In this document: piece by piece, positions 1-11,437 of the stretch | Numbering within the stretch: position 1 is the stretch's first letter | Layout: the number at the start of each line of letters is the position of its first letter | NCBI GenBank assembly: GCA_010405405.1 | Contig: MU004237.1 | Location: 1,499,345-1,563,344 of the forward strand | Reading direction: 5' to 3' | DNA length: 64,000 nucleotides | Source of the DNA: Microthyrium microscopicum | Lineage: Eukaryota | Notes under the pieces: model-generated | What the model was told of the DNA's origin: nothing | The model's database searches: none | Seen by the model: the letters and a program-made list of their open reading frames with translations, nothing else | Translations under genes and position numbers: made by a program

Positions 1-295
1 TTTCGCAGCTCAATACCCTAGCGCGCGGGCAACATATAGCATACAGATTCGCTTCCTTGATCAGACGACTTTGAACATGTATGAAGTGCTTTCCGAGCTC
101 AATGCTTTGCGTATCCAGCTCACACTCTTCAGTTGTAAGAGACAAACCTAGTTTAAGGATACTGGGTGTCTTTTCTTTATGAATTCATCCAAGAATATTT
201 GGCAGTACACGGCATGAATGAATGCAACCGCAGAGTCTATATCCCAGTGCTTTCGCTAGCAGTACACCTCATTCATAGTCAAATCGCCTTGTATA

Positions 296-530
296 CACCC
301 GTTTGCGAAAAATGATGAGCGTCGACACTCCCTCATGTATGTCAATGTTTACAGACTTGCACTAATTATACGCAGAATAGCCTAGGGTGAGAATCGGTTA
401 TTATTAGGCTAGCGTTCTAAATACTCCATTTCAAGGCTGTTTAAGCTCTCAATCGTTGAACTGATTGAATTTCCTAAAAAGCAATAGGAGGGGGAGTGTC
501 TGGGTGCTTATCACTTTTCGCAAACGGGTG
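296..530. mobile_element. MITE (non-autonomous Tc1/mariner-type DNA transposon), 235 bp
   Basis: Terminal inverted repeats CACCCGTTTGCGAAAAATGATGAGC (296-320) and reverse complement of 506-530 (CACCCGTTTGCGAAAAGTGATAAGC), 23/25 identical. Inner GACACTCCC is also mirrored. TA on both flanks (294-295, 531-532). No ORF inside. Confidence 0.85.
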
Positions 531-865
531 TAGGCCATTATTTACCGGACCATACAAGTAGCTTTCTATAGAGCACCCCGACAGTTCCAGTAGTATCTGG
601 TACGAGTTATTTCTTGACCTGATTATCGATCCCATTGCTTTAATCTCGTCATACAGATTCTGAAGATTGTTTGAACTCGGAAAGCTACAATTTATGGTGG
701 AGCGTGTTCTACTATCGATTTCAATGCTATTGCGAGTACTCGACCGCTTAGAATGTAGATTGGGGTGGTATACTTAGAGCAGCCGAGTCAGGGAGTGCAA
801 ATTCTAGATCTCATAAAGACTTCTTGAAAAATGGTGTATTAATCATCCTGCTTAAAAGAAAAGGT

Positions 866-1381
866 CTACTGCGCGGCCTTGATGGTATCAGCCCAGGTCT
901 TGATATAAATCCTTTGCTCCTCTTCGGTGGTCAAGTTCTGGAAGACTTGATACTCGTACCTCCCAACGCCTAACAAATAATCCTTTCCCTCAATTGTCAT
1001 ACCCACATGACTCATCTCCACATTTCCAGTGCACTCTTGCACAACATTCCTTTTGACAGCCCTCCTATTTCTGGACCACTTCGCGCCCGAAATTGACTCG
1101 ATGTCATTCGAAACACCCCAGCACTCAAAGCCCCCGCCAATTAGAGCGCCACATAGGTCACCGCCTTGCTGGGAGAAGGCTTGGATGCCGAGACCCTGTG
1201 GAATCGCACGGGTCGATCTGCCGAGCCATCTGTCGCCGAGATGGCAACAGGCGCCTGGATCGATGGCAACGCATTGGCCGAAAATGCCGTTGCAACGGTT
1301 CTCATTGTAGAGACGAATGTCGACAGCGGTAATGCTGGAAGCCAGATAGAGGACGGCCATGATAAGTTTGGAAGGCGACAT
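866..1381 (-). CDS. Small secreted cysteine-rich protein, 171 aa (effector-like)
   Basis: Intronless ORF with hydrophobic signal peptide (MSPSKLIMAVLYLASSITA), 7 Cys including a CC pair, and an internal basic RNRRAVKR stretch. Confidence 0.8.
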   Translation of the reverse strand: MSPSKLIMAVLYLASSITAVDIRLYNENRCNGIFGQCVAIDPGACCHLGDRWLGRSTRAIPQGLGIQAFSQQGGDLCGALIGGGFECWGVSNDIESISGAKWSRNRRAVKRNVVQECTGNVEMSHVGMTIEGKDYLLGVGRYEYQVFQNLTTEEEQRIYIKTWADTIKAAQ

Positions 1382-1881
1382 ATTGATTTCTGCACGACGC
1401 TGTTAGTAAGTACAGTGTGGAACTGGAGGCGTTGTATCCCACTTTGTAAGTATGTATTTTAGGCTATTGTGATCGAGAAGCTGGCTAGATCTGATGAAGT
1501 GATGGCTATCCGTAAAGCGAGACGAAGACTGATGGTTCGGAAGTCTTGACAATCGTCGTGCAGCTCTATCTTATATGCCATGCTTTGATTCTGAGATGGA
1601 TGCTGCCATTCCGTTTCTATAGTCCGTGATTCTTCAACTTATGCCCAGTAGGATTCAGAAGGATTGATTCTTCACTTGCGAAAAATTACGCTAAATATCA
1701 AAGTTATAGGATGATCATCCTGTAGGATTTGACAAAGGTCGTGCTGAATGGAAGTGAAGAAGGCCGAAATCAAGTGTTGCTAATAATACTTCTAGCCCTG
1801 GTTGAATGGAAAACTTAAATTGCAAGTGCTTGTCGTGATTTTTAGTCAAAATACAAGTCTACTTGTTACAAAGTATCTCGC

Positions 1882-2805
1882 TTACCGCAGCTTCGCAGCT
1901 TCCATCCAATTCAATAGCATGGCAAACCAGTCGTCCTTGGACGTAGGATTTTTCATTCCAAATCCATGTCCACCTCTCTCATAAATATGCATTGAAGCTG
2001 GCGTCTTGTATTTCATCAGCTTGTTGAACCACTTGATGCTGTTTCCTACTGGCACCGTAGAATCGTCCGCTGCGTGGGCCAAGAAAGTCCTAGGTGTCTC
2101 CTGTGTGATGTGTAACTCATTCGAGAACTCGTACTTTTGCTCATCAGTGGCATTTGCACCTAGTAAAAAGTCTCGCGATCCAACATGAGTGAGCCTTGGG
2201 TTTGTGAAGCTGATGACTGGATAGATGAGTGCCAAGAAGTCTGGTCGTAGAGATGTACCTTCGCTGTTGTTGATATAAGACTTGTTAAAGTGGGTGCCCG
2301 CTGTAGAAGCTAGGTGACCACCAGCTGAGAAACCCATAAGACCAATACGGTGAGGGTCGACGTTGAACTCTTTGGCGCGAGAGCGAACCAGTTTGATGGC
2401 TTGCTGGGCATCTTGAACTGGTCCAATGGATTTATCCTTCATGGTGACGTCGCTGGGTAATCGGTACTTCAGAATAAAAGCAGCGACACCTCCAGCTTGA
2501 AACTGTTGTGCTGGATTGACACCTTCGTGATCCCATGCTAAGATAGTGTAACCACCGCCGGGGCATATGATGACTGCTGATGTGGGCTTATCTGATTTTG
2601 GTAGATATGGCGTGAGTGTGGGATTTCGAACTTTACTGAGCTTTATGCCATTGGGATCTTTGGTTGCTGTTTCCTGATCTGTGCCAGGGATACTGTTGGG
2701 AATGTCATTGGAGTAAAGAGGTATGGCTTGAGCGCTGCATAAAGTGAAGAAGAGACTGATTAGCAACGTAACTACCGCAGAAGTTTGAATCAAATACATC
2801 TTCAT
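1882..2805 (-). CDS. Secreted alpha/beta-hydrolase esterase (bacterial xylan/feruloyl-esterase-like family)
   Basis: Motifs ICPGGGY (oxyanion region), GFSAGG (nucleophile GxSxG), DDSTVP and GGHGFG (Asp/His). Signal peptide after the ATG at 2805; the ORF-track start at 2835 is TTG. No introns. Confidence 0.9.
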   Translation of the reverse strand: MKMYLIQTSAVVTLLISLFFTLCSAQAIPLYSNDIPNSIPGTDQETATKDPNGIKLSKVRNPTLTPYLPKSDKPTSAVIICPGGGYTILAWDHEGVNPAQQFQAGGVAAFILKYRLPSDVTMKDKSIGPVQDAQQAIKLVRSRAKEFNVDPHRIGLMGFSAGGHLASTAGTHFNKSYINNSEGTSLRPDFLALIYPVISFTNPRLTHVGSRDFLLGANATDEQKYEFSNELHITQETPRTFLAHAADDSTVPVGNSIKWFNKLMKYKTPASMHIYERGGHGFGMKNPTSKDDWFAMLLNWMEAAKLR

Positions 2806-3280
2806 AAATTCCTGAGAAGGTGTCAGTCGGGTCAAGAAAGACTTGATACAAGCGAGCGATACTTACGTTTTTTAGGAAATTATATCAATAAAACAAATCA
2901 ACGGGTATGATTCAATGTTAATATAGGAGGGTAAGCTATCAAATTGGGTGGAATAGCAATTTTCCGGTTGAAAGGGTCCAGCTATATATGCAAGGGTCGT
3001 TGAAGAGTAGATTTCATTCGTCAACTAAAATAGTACACGCATTATTAGTACCTTTGACGTCGTTTGTGCCTTCCGTCCTAGCCGTTGTATTCTAAACATC
3101 AATCTTCAGTCAAACACGGAAAAAGGGTTGAAAAGGACTTCATTAACCCGAAAAGCTAATATCAACCAAGGTCCTCAAGTCGGGTTACAAGCCGCTCATA
3201 AATAATACAATCCCAGGTGAACCGTAACACCATGCCGAATGCAAATGCTATAGTACATTTTCCCATCTGAGACCCAAGAA

Positions 3281-5166
3281 TTACCTCTGACTAGGCGCCC
3301 TAGGAAAGCCATGTAAATTCTTTGACCATGGAGGTAGTCTCTTGTCTCGTTCGTAGAGGAACCCACAGCTATGACACAAAGATCTGGGGCCATTAGGTCC
3401 ATCTCTGACTGCCCAAACTGCAGATCCAGGAATGAAACAGTGAAAGCATCGCCATGTTCGTCGTTCGCTAAAAGATATATTAGTCGTGTTCTTCATGCAA
3501 GTTCATGGGGAAGCATACTCTTCTTGTAAACCAGTTCCTCCTCCATATCCCGCATTGTCTGGAGTATCGCGACCGCTGGGGCTCAAACTACGAAAGCGAC
3601 GTTTCTTCTTGCTGCGCTCGCCACGTCCCATGGGCTGTTCGGCTGCGTCTGGGATGGCAAAATAGTCGTTCTGTGTCATATTTGCAGTACTGCTAAAGCG
3701 TGCCGTCTCACGTCTTCGTCGACGTACTTGACGTTCACGATCTCCTTCTCGACGATCGATCTCATCCTTGGTAAGAATTTCAACCTTTGGCTCCCAGTCT
3801 TCCGCCAGCGTTTCCGGCTCATATCGCCAACCAGCTTCTACTCCTTCGGCTCCATCATTGTCGATTTCAGCTGCTGTAAGAACTCCACCATTTTCGCAGG
3901 CTTCTTTCTTCAATCCAAGAACGGCCTCGTAAATAGCATGTGCTATAGCTGGTCCCCATTCGGCTGCCAGACCAAGATCGGCACATGTCACTTTGGCGAA
4001 TGATTCAGCATATCCTGGAGGATGTAGAAGAGACCATTCGAACTTGTCGGTGTAAAGCTTATTGAGAATGTTGACATTGAGAGAGATAATACATCGATAT
4101 GCATCATCCGGGTTAAGTGTATCTTCGGAAGGAGCAGCATCAGCTTTGGCGGATATTTCAACCCCGCCCATTGGTGAATCTGCAACAGGAGTGGATTTTC
4201 CATTGGTATGTTTCGCAAGACCATTGAGATACGGAGTGGCTGGTCGGTGAATAGGTGTACCAATGAAATTGGGAGTTGATGTGCCTGGTGTATTCACGGC
4301 AGCACTCAATTGCGAGACTGCCTGAGGAATAGATGGTCGTGGTGGTTGTATTGGATTGTTGGACTGAAAGAGAGGATGTAGGGCGACTCCAGCATATTCC
4401 TCAAGCTGGGTGCGAATTTGTGTTGCGATTTGATTTATCAACATATGTTTCCTATCCGCTGGTAGATCTAATTCATCAACAAAGGTCTTGGCAAACTGTT
4501 CTGGAGTTATCAGAGCTTCATGAAGATTCCACAAGAAAACATCCTTGATGCGATATTGGGGAGTTGGATCACCAGGCCGATAAGCTGGTAGTGTTTCATC
4601 GATACCAAAGTCTTTGGCATTGTGAGGTGTAGGTAATGGAGCATCTGGTCGAAAAGGTTGAATATCAATGTCGACGCGAATGGGAATAAGAGTGACAGGT
4701 AATTCTGCTTGAACCTGGCCTTGACGACGAGTTCTAACAACGTTAGCTTTCATTTTTGAATAGAACAAGTTCAACCCCTCAAGGGAACGCACGTTATACG
4801 TCGGGGTTTGCCCATCCAATCTCGCCAGATTCCCTGCATATGAACAGGCTCAAAGGCCTCGTCTCCAAGTCGAGCAATTTGTACTGCTTGATCCAGGGTA
4901 GAATCGTCGCGGCGCAAACTTCGCAAACCAGTGGGACGACGAGGTCCATCTTCACCATCACCAAAATCGTCGTCATATCCATCCTCGGCATAGTTGATGG
5001 CAGTCGTGCCGCGTTTTGTGGTTCTTGTTGGCGCAATTGTATTTACTTGGGGTACAACGGGAGCGAGGAGTGAGTTGCCCCAATTGCGCAGTCGAGGCGC
5101 GTAGGAAGAGATGAAAGCTTGAGGTTGGCTTTGACGCGAGGCCGGCATACCTAGAACGCTGGCCAT
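3281..5166 (-). CDS. SFH1: RSC chromatin-remodelling subunit Sfh1 (SNF5 domain) with C-terminal GATA-type zinc finger; 3 exons
   Basis: SNF5-repeat motifs IPIRVDID, IKDVFLWNLHEALITPEQFA and YTDKFEWSL. Last exon has CxxC-x20-CxxC (CFHC...RDGPNGPRSLCHSCG). Introns at about 4735-4792 and 3468-3518. Confidence 0.9.
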
Positions 5167-6758
5167 GGCTATAAAAAAGCCAGTGCTTTAGGCGTACAGC
5201 TAGCAGGATGGTTAGAAGGTGAATTTATGGATGTTGAAGACGTTGGTGTCGAGAATGGACAGCTTTCTTAGTCTGCGACTGATGAAGGTTCGAACATGCA
5301 AACGCGTCGGAGCTCGGGATTGAAGGTCATCTCGGCCCGAAGACGGCAAGGTGGTACGCATCATGCCTCCCGAACTTTGGCTCAATTAGACCGAATCCTG
5401 AGCCGCCTCTTCTGTACCAGTTGTTTCTTGCTACCTACTCCTTCCATTTTCTTCGCAAGTTCACCTCGTCGCTGAAAGCGTCATTTTCAGATCCCAAATA
5501 GTACTTGCTCCCGCATTTACCTCACTGCATGCATCCACCTTCAAGGCACCGGTATCACAATGCTACGCTCCACGATGAAGGTTGTCTAAGGTAGGTGGTT
5601 GTTCACAAGTTCCCCAGACGACTTTGATCTTATTTGTAAACGAGTTGCGTTCTTTTTGGTATCTGTGACGTTTGTATTATCGCGTCCCGCCAGATCGTAT
5701 TTTATTAGGACTAAACGTTGCTACCTAGGTCACTGTAAAAATACACCAGAACTTGGAACTGCTCTAGACTCAAGCCGTTTACTGATTGCTAGAATACTGT
5801 ACCTTCAACAGCGCCATCTTTACTTGACTAACCGTCACTCTCGATGGCCTTCACATAGGCCTCTTACGATAATTTAAGTTCATGGATACAAACAATAACA
5901 TGGAATTCTTTGTGGCTCGGATATTTCATCAATCTGATTGGTTCGAAACATTCGATATTATCACCTTCGATATCCAGCAGACATAAGACTATGGAATCTA
6001 AGTACATGTATACTTATACATTGGCTTATATGATGTGGGCATCAGTAGTATATTGACATACATCTGGAACTCTCTTACTCTGGCTGATGCAGGCCAGTCG
6101 TTCCCAACTCTAATCGGGCCTTAGGCAGTCATATAGATAGAAACTAATCTAGGATCCTCCAAGATTTCGGAAGGAGACGAACCATTACCATACCAACCGT
6201 CAACACCAACTCCGAGTCTAGTGCCAAAGCTACGCTAGGGAGTCCATCATTGATCCTTCACATATCCCTATGAACCCCCATGAGGTTTTGGTTCCTGAAC
6301 TAGGGGTGGTTCATAGCGGTAGGGCAACATGGACAGCCCACCCGTGGCTCTTGAATACTATATTCACGACGACAAATTGTCTGCGCCGCTTCATCGCGTT
6401 CTTTTTGGTCAAAGCAACTGCCCTAGTGCGGATCTGGATCCTATTCTTTCCATCTTACTGGCTCATACCCCGTCTGTAAAGGTAACAATAGCTATACTCA
6501 TCCAAATAGGAAATGAGCCGCGGTGTTCAATACAAATAACTCACAGGCTTCCCTGGTTAGTCGAAATGAGACTCGTTCATACGATCAATACCTAGGTACC
6601 CACGTCACATCCTACTCATTAGATTTTTCCATCTTCATTTCCTCCTCCTCATGGGGTGCATGCCCAACGTTGCCTCTTTCGATCATCATAACATCAAATC
6701 TGTCGCTATCAAATAAACACATTCTTTATCGTTCGTTCTGTCTGGAGTTTATTCTAAG

Positions 6759-8076
6759 ATGAGGTCTGCTTTACTATGGGCCATTGCGGTTCGGGGGACC
6801 TTCTCCAATCCTCTGCCAGAGGAGCTTGCAGGTAGTGCCGATCCTCCTCCGTCTGGAATTGGAACTGGAGTTACAATTGCGATTGCACCACCAGGAGGTA
6901 AACCTACGGGATGTTATGGAAATTGGGCAGGGAAAGGCTTTGGTATCGCTGCAGTTCCCATTCCAGCGGGGCGAGGTCTCGAAACCAGTGCAGAGCCCAC
7001 GAGTTCAGGATTCTACCTTGACCCATCTGCTGCAACTGCAAGCGCCAACATTCTTATGGCATCGGATGCGGCCTCAGACACGAACCTAATTGCGACGATG
7101 GACGCACCGCAGCCAACAGCGGCCATGAAATTGATCAAGGATGGCTCTAAAGCAGTCAAAGCAGTAGCAGACGACGATACAACCGTCACACTCCGCAGTA
7201 CCAGGACACATACTCGCACTGTGACTGTCGCTTCTGCGAAATCAGCGGCCAAGCCGACTGCGACACCAATAGATATCAGCGGAAAGAAAACAATAAAGGC
7301 TGCGCAGCTCTATCAAATTGGCGATGGTCAAGTTCAGGCCCCAATGAATCCTTCACCTATCCAGCTCATTCCAGCGTCACCGAAGGCTTCTGCAACTCCC
7401 TTTGCTCCACTCAGTTCTGGTGCACCTAGGATCGTACAGATTGGAGATGGACAGATTCAAAATAATGCTCCGGTCGCCGCTACAGCAGCTGCTGGCGCAG
7501 GAAAACCGGCCAAGGCTCCTAAAGCGACCCCAGCATCTGCTCCAAAGGAAAATATTTCACAAATGGCTGGTCTATCAACACCCCAGAACGCACCCCCTGT
7601 TGCTGCACCGGCTGCGGCACCTGCTGTATCCCCAGCACCTGCTGCTGGTGGAGCAATGGCTGGAATGGACCACCACAACATGAAGAGACAATCAGACACT
7701 GGCGGACGCATGGGTGGAGTTGGCTGCAATAATAAAGATGGCAGCACGCTTAGTATGAAGCTCGTTAATGGCGTACTCACCGACAATAAGGGTAGAACCG
7801 GATATATCGCTAGCAACCGCCAATTCCAGTAAGTTCAAATCCGCTATATCTTAAGATATACTAGCTAACATGTCGACTAGATTCGATGCGCCTCCACAGG
7901 CTGGTGCGCTTCTTACTGCAGGTTGGTCCGTCTGCGATGATGGATTCTTGGCTCTTGGACAGCAAAAGATCTTCTACCAATGCCTGAGTGGTAGTTTCTG
8001 GAACTTGTATGACCAGAACATTGCGGCTCAATGTAAACCGGTCAACTTTATCTTGCTGGAGAACAAGGATTGTTAA
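6759..8076 (+). CDS. Pir/Cis3-family covalently linked cell wall protein; 2 exons
   Basis: Signal peptide, Ala/Pro/Thr-rich spacer, two Pir repeats (QIGDGQVQ, QIGDGQIQ), and C-terminal domain LTDNKGRTGYIASNRQFQFD...4 Cys. Intron 7829-7880 (GTAAGT..GCTAAC..TAG). Confidence 0.9.
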
Positions 8077-9240
8077 TCGATATGATACCAGTTCGTTCTT
8101 TTCTTTTTTTCTTTTTGCTGGTTAGCAGCATAATGCATGTTCGTATCATGTTTAGTTCAATAGTAGTTAAACACTTCACTGTACTAATACCAACAAGTAC
8201 TTCTCTCGAACGATAAGACGTGCACTTTGTTCCAGTGCGAATTATCCATTGGGGCGACCAAACATGTAGTGCAGTGAATGAGCACTGGTGAAAGGTATGA
8301 GCCCAGCGCAGATTGTGAATTGACCAGCGCTCGATTAAGCAATTACGAATCCGTTGGTTGTAAATAAACTCACTGAGCATATTCTCTACAGAGAGGTAGG
8401 CTTCTCATGGAACATACAAATTCCCCCTCCCCCCCAGTTGCTGCATTATACTGCTTTTGCCAGACTTGAGACTTGGGAACTAAACACCAGGTCGGGCTGC
8501 CCAAGAGATCTGGCCAAAATCACATCTTCCATTGAAAACTACTTAGAAGAAGCCGTGGCAGTAAAGTCGCCCAAGCTACATCAAAAGACGTCAGAGCATG
8601 GAAGATACATGTGAGCACAAAGGGTTGCTTCGCAATGATTAAGAGCGAGATGAATCTGCAAAGCTACAACTATATGACCGCGATTCCAATACCAATATCA
8701 TGGTTATGACACACGATACCGACGACGTATCGAAGATTGTGACTCTATCCTCGTCGAATTTGCGGGAGTCTACCGTGATTTACAATGAGCTGTGAAGATA
8801 TAGGGCATGTAGGAAATGAACAAGCTGTTCTTGTCTGACTCCAGAAAGCTTAAGCACAAGTCATCCAACAGACAACTCTAATCACACGATGGAAATCAGT
8901 GTAGGCTAGTTCTATCCCGCTCAGAGGTACCAGGCGGAATATCCAGATGAAGAACTCTGGACTGTAGTATTGGTCCTGAAAAATGTTTATCATGCAATAT
9001 ATAGCAAAATTACACAATTGGGCCAATATAGAAACGTGCACTGGTCCCAGCTCGCGACCACGCACCTTTCTGAACAAGCTTTATTTGTTTTATAAACTAC
9101 CAGGCGAGTAAATGAATAGAAACGTCTAAATACAGAGACGTTTTTCTCTGCAAGCCACACGCTCTTTACCTTTCTTGCCTTTAGAGGCCCTCACATTCCT
9201 TGGCCTCACACTGCGGGTTCAGTGCATCTATACATTCAAG

Positions 9241-10255
9241 ATGTACGCCAGTATCACCCTTATGCTGGCTAGCATAGTACTTGCCGGTTCTTCACCACCA
9301 ATCGGCGCCCTCGTGGTTGGTCCCAACGCCCAATACAAGACAATCCAAGCCGCCGTAGACGCAGCTGCCAATGGCAAGACCATCTTCATCGAGGCAGGAA
9401 CATACAAGGAGCAGGTCTTTGTTAACGAGACGAAACAAGGCCTGACACTTATGGGCGCAACTTCTACACCGGAAAGCTATAGCGGTAATCGAGTGACGAT
9501 CACTCAAGGGCGTTCACAAGCGGATAAGATAAACAACGATGCGACAGGCACGCTACGGGCGCATGGTGATGGGCTAAAGGTATATAACATCAACCTGGTC
9601 AACTCTAAAGGTAAGGGCAGTCAAGCGCTGGCATTGAGCGCATATGGAGACAATCAAGGATACTATGGTTGCCAGTTTAAAGGTTACCAGGACACGGTGT
9701 TGACTGAGCGCGGCCACCATGTGTTTGTGAACAGCATGATTGAGGGAGCCACGGACTTTATTTTTGGCATGCATAGTTTGGCCTGGTTTGAAAAAGTTGA
9801 CATTAAAGTGACTGATGGAGGCTGGATCACAGGTGAGTAATCTGTTCGTCGTTGGTGAGCGATGACTGACTTGAAGCCTAGCAAATGGGCGCGATTCTGC
9901 AACAAATCCATCGTTCTATGTGCTGAATCGATGTACAGTGGAGGGATCCTCGTCGAAACTTAATGGCAAGGCGTATCTAGGTCGACCGTGGAGAGAGTTT
10001 GCGCGAGTAGTTTTCCAACATTCCAAGCTTGGAGCTGTTGTCAATACAGCTGGCTGGTCTCAGTGGCAATCGACAGACCCAAAGACAGGAAATGTCACGT
10101 TTGGCGAGTTTGGGAATACTGGACCTGGAGCATCAGGATCGAGGAAATTTGGTACGAAACTAGGGGCCGCAGTGTCTATTAATGATATCATCCCAAACCA
10201 TAGAACTTGGGTTGACAGTAAATACGTCCGAGGGGATTATATAAGTAAATGGTAA
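9241..10255 (+). CDS. Secreted pectin methylesterase (CE8); 2 exons
   Basis: Motifs YKTIQAAVD, GTYKEQV, QALAL, GYQDT, GATDFIFG and YLGRPW. Signal peptide from ATG 9241. Intron about 9833-9881. Confidence 0.95.
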
Positions 10256-10643
10256 ATCTATACATACAGCAGGATGTATCCACTAGCAATAAGGCCAACT
10301 TGACATCAAGATCGAGTGGTCATATAGAGCGGATTGATAAGATCATTGATGTAGCATCAACTATAGACATGCCGCCATGGAGAGAATGGACGGAATGTAT
10401 ATGCTCGTGATGCAATTCGCATAGAGAAGAGTAATAACAAGCGTGGAAATGATAGAAGGAGTGGAGAGTTGATTACTTGATCCACTACATACAAGCAGTG
10501 TTTGACGCTTCATACATTAATGTTGGGAAATATTACCAACATTTTCAACGTCTATGGCCACAGATTCGTAATGTTGACAGGAGTATTATACAGTTCGAGA
10601 ATAGCCCGAGTCAGAGTCGCCTCATAGATGTATTGACATGGAT

Positions 10644-11115
10644 TTATTCGCTGATTTTCGCAAGCAGTCTGAGACAATTGTTAGAGGACGAATGGGTGCT
10701 GAACAAGTGGTAAGCTTACTCATGGTCCCGGAAAATGGAAAAGTCTTCCTCTGCAACTGTGATCTTTGTCCCACCAAACTATAATTCATATTAGTTATAG
10801 AGATAAGGTAGCGCAGGGAGGGAATGTACAGTAGGAATTAGAACTTTGTCGCCGGCCTTCACGCTCATGGCCAAGCGCTTGCCTTCTCTATCAAGAGCCC
10901 CGGGGCCAACAGCTAGGACTTTGGCTTCATTGAGCTCTTTGACACTGCTCTCGGGGAGGAAAATACCGCCAGTTGTTTTGGCTTCGGCCTTGATGCGCTG
11001 GACAAGTACGCGATCAAGAAGAGGGACGAGTGACTTGATTGACTTGATGGCGAGAGACTAGACAGGAGTTAGCTGCTGAAGGCGCGGGAACAGATGAGAA
11101 GCGAGTATATACCAT
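10644..11115 (-). CDS. HSP10: Mitochondrial co-chaperonin Hsp10 (Cpn10/GroES); 4 exons, missed by the ORF track
   Basis: Spliced translation M|SLAIKSIKSLVPLLDRVLVQRIKAEAKTTGGIFLPESSVKELNEAKVLAVGPG...KAGDKVLIPT|FGGTKITVAEEDFSIFRDHE|LLAKISE*. The first coding exon is only the ATG. Confidence 0.93.
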
Positions 11116-11224
11116 TGTGAAAGAGTAGACGGAGATGTAGTTAGTGTAAGTGATTATTGTAAGAGACAATGGGTTGCAAGGTGGTGTTGTTGTAGTTACT
11201 TACTCTCTGCAGTAAATAATTCCC

Positions 11225-11239
11225 AGAAAATTCTGGAAA
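11225..11239. promoter_or_regulatory. Heat-shock element (HSF binding site) in the HSP10/TilS-like divergent promoter
   Basis: aGAAaaTTCtgGAAa is a perfect 3-unit nGAAnnTTCnnGAAn array about 110 bp upstream of the HSP10 ATG. Confidence 0.75.
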
Positions 11240-11437
11240 GTCGAAAAGTCTCGGAGGTGGCCCAAGCTTACCGCAGCTCATGGCTTGGCGTTGTCAACTC
11301 CATCATCATTTTTATATCAGCGGTCGTGTTCCAAGACTCTTTACTACAATGTACTTCTCCACTGACTATTTTCAACCTGTTAACAACTCGAAGATATCAC
11401 GATGCTGCCACTGCTCAATGCCTGATCAAATATCCTT

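Noticed and set aside
10846..11061. 71-aa plus-strand ORF
   Set aside because: Antisense shadow of the HSP10 main exon.
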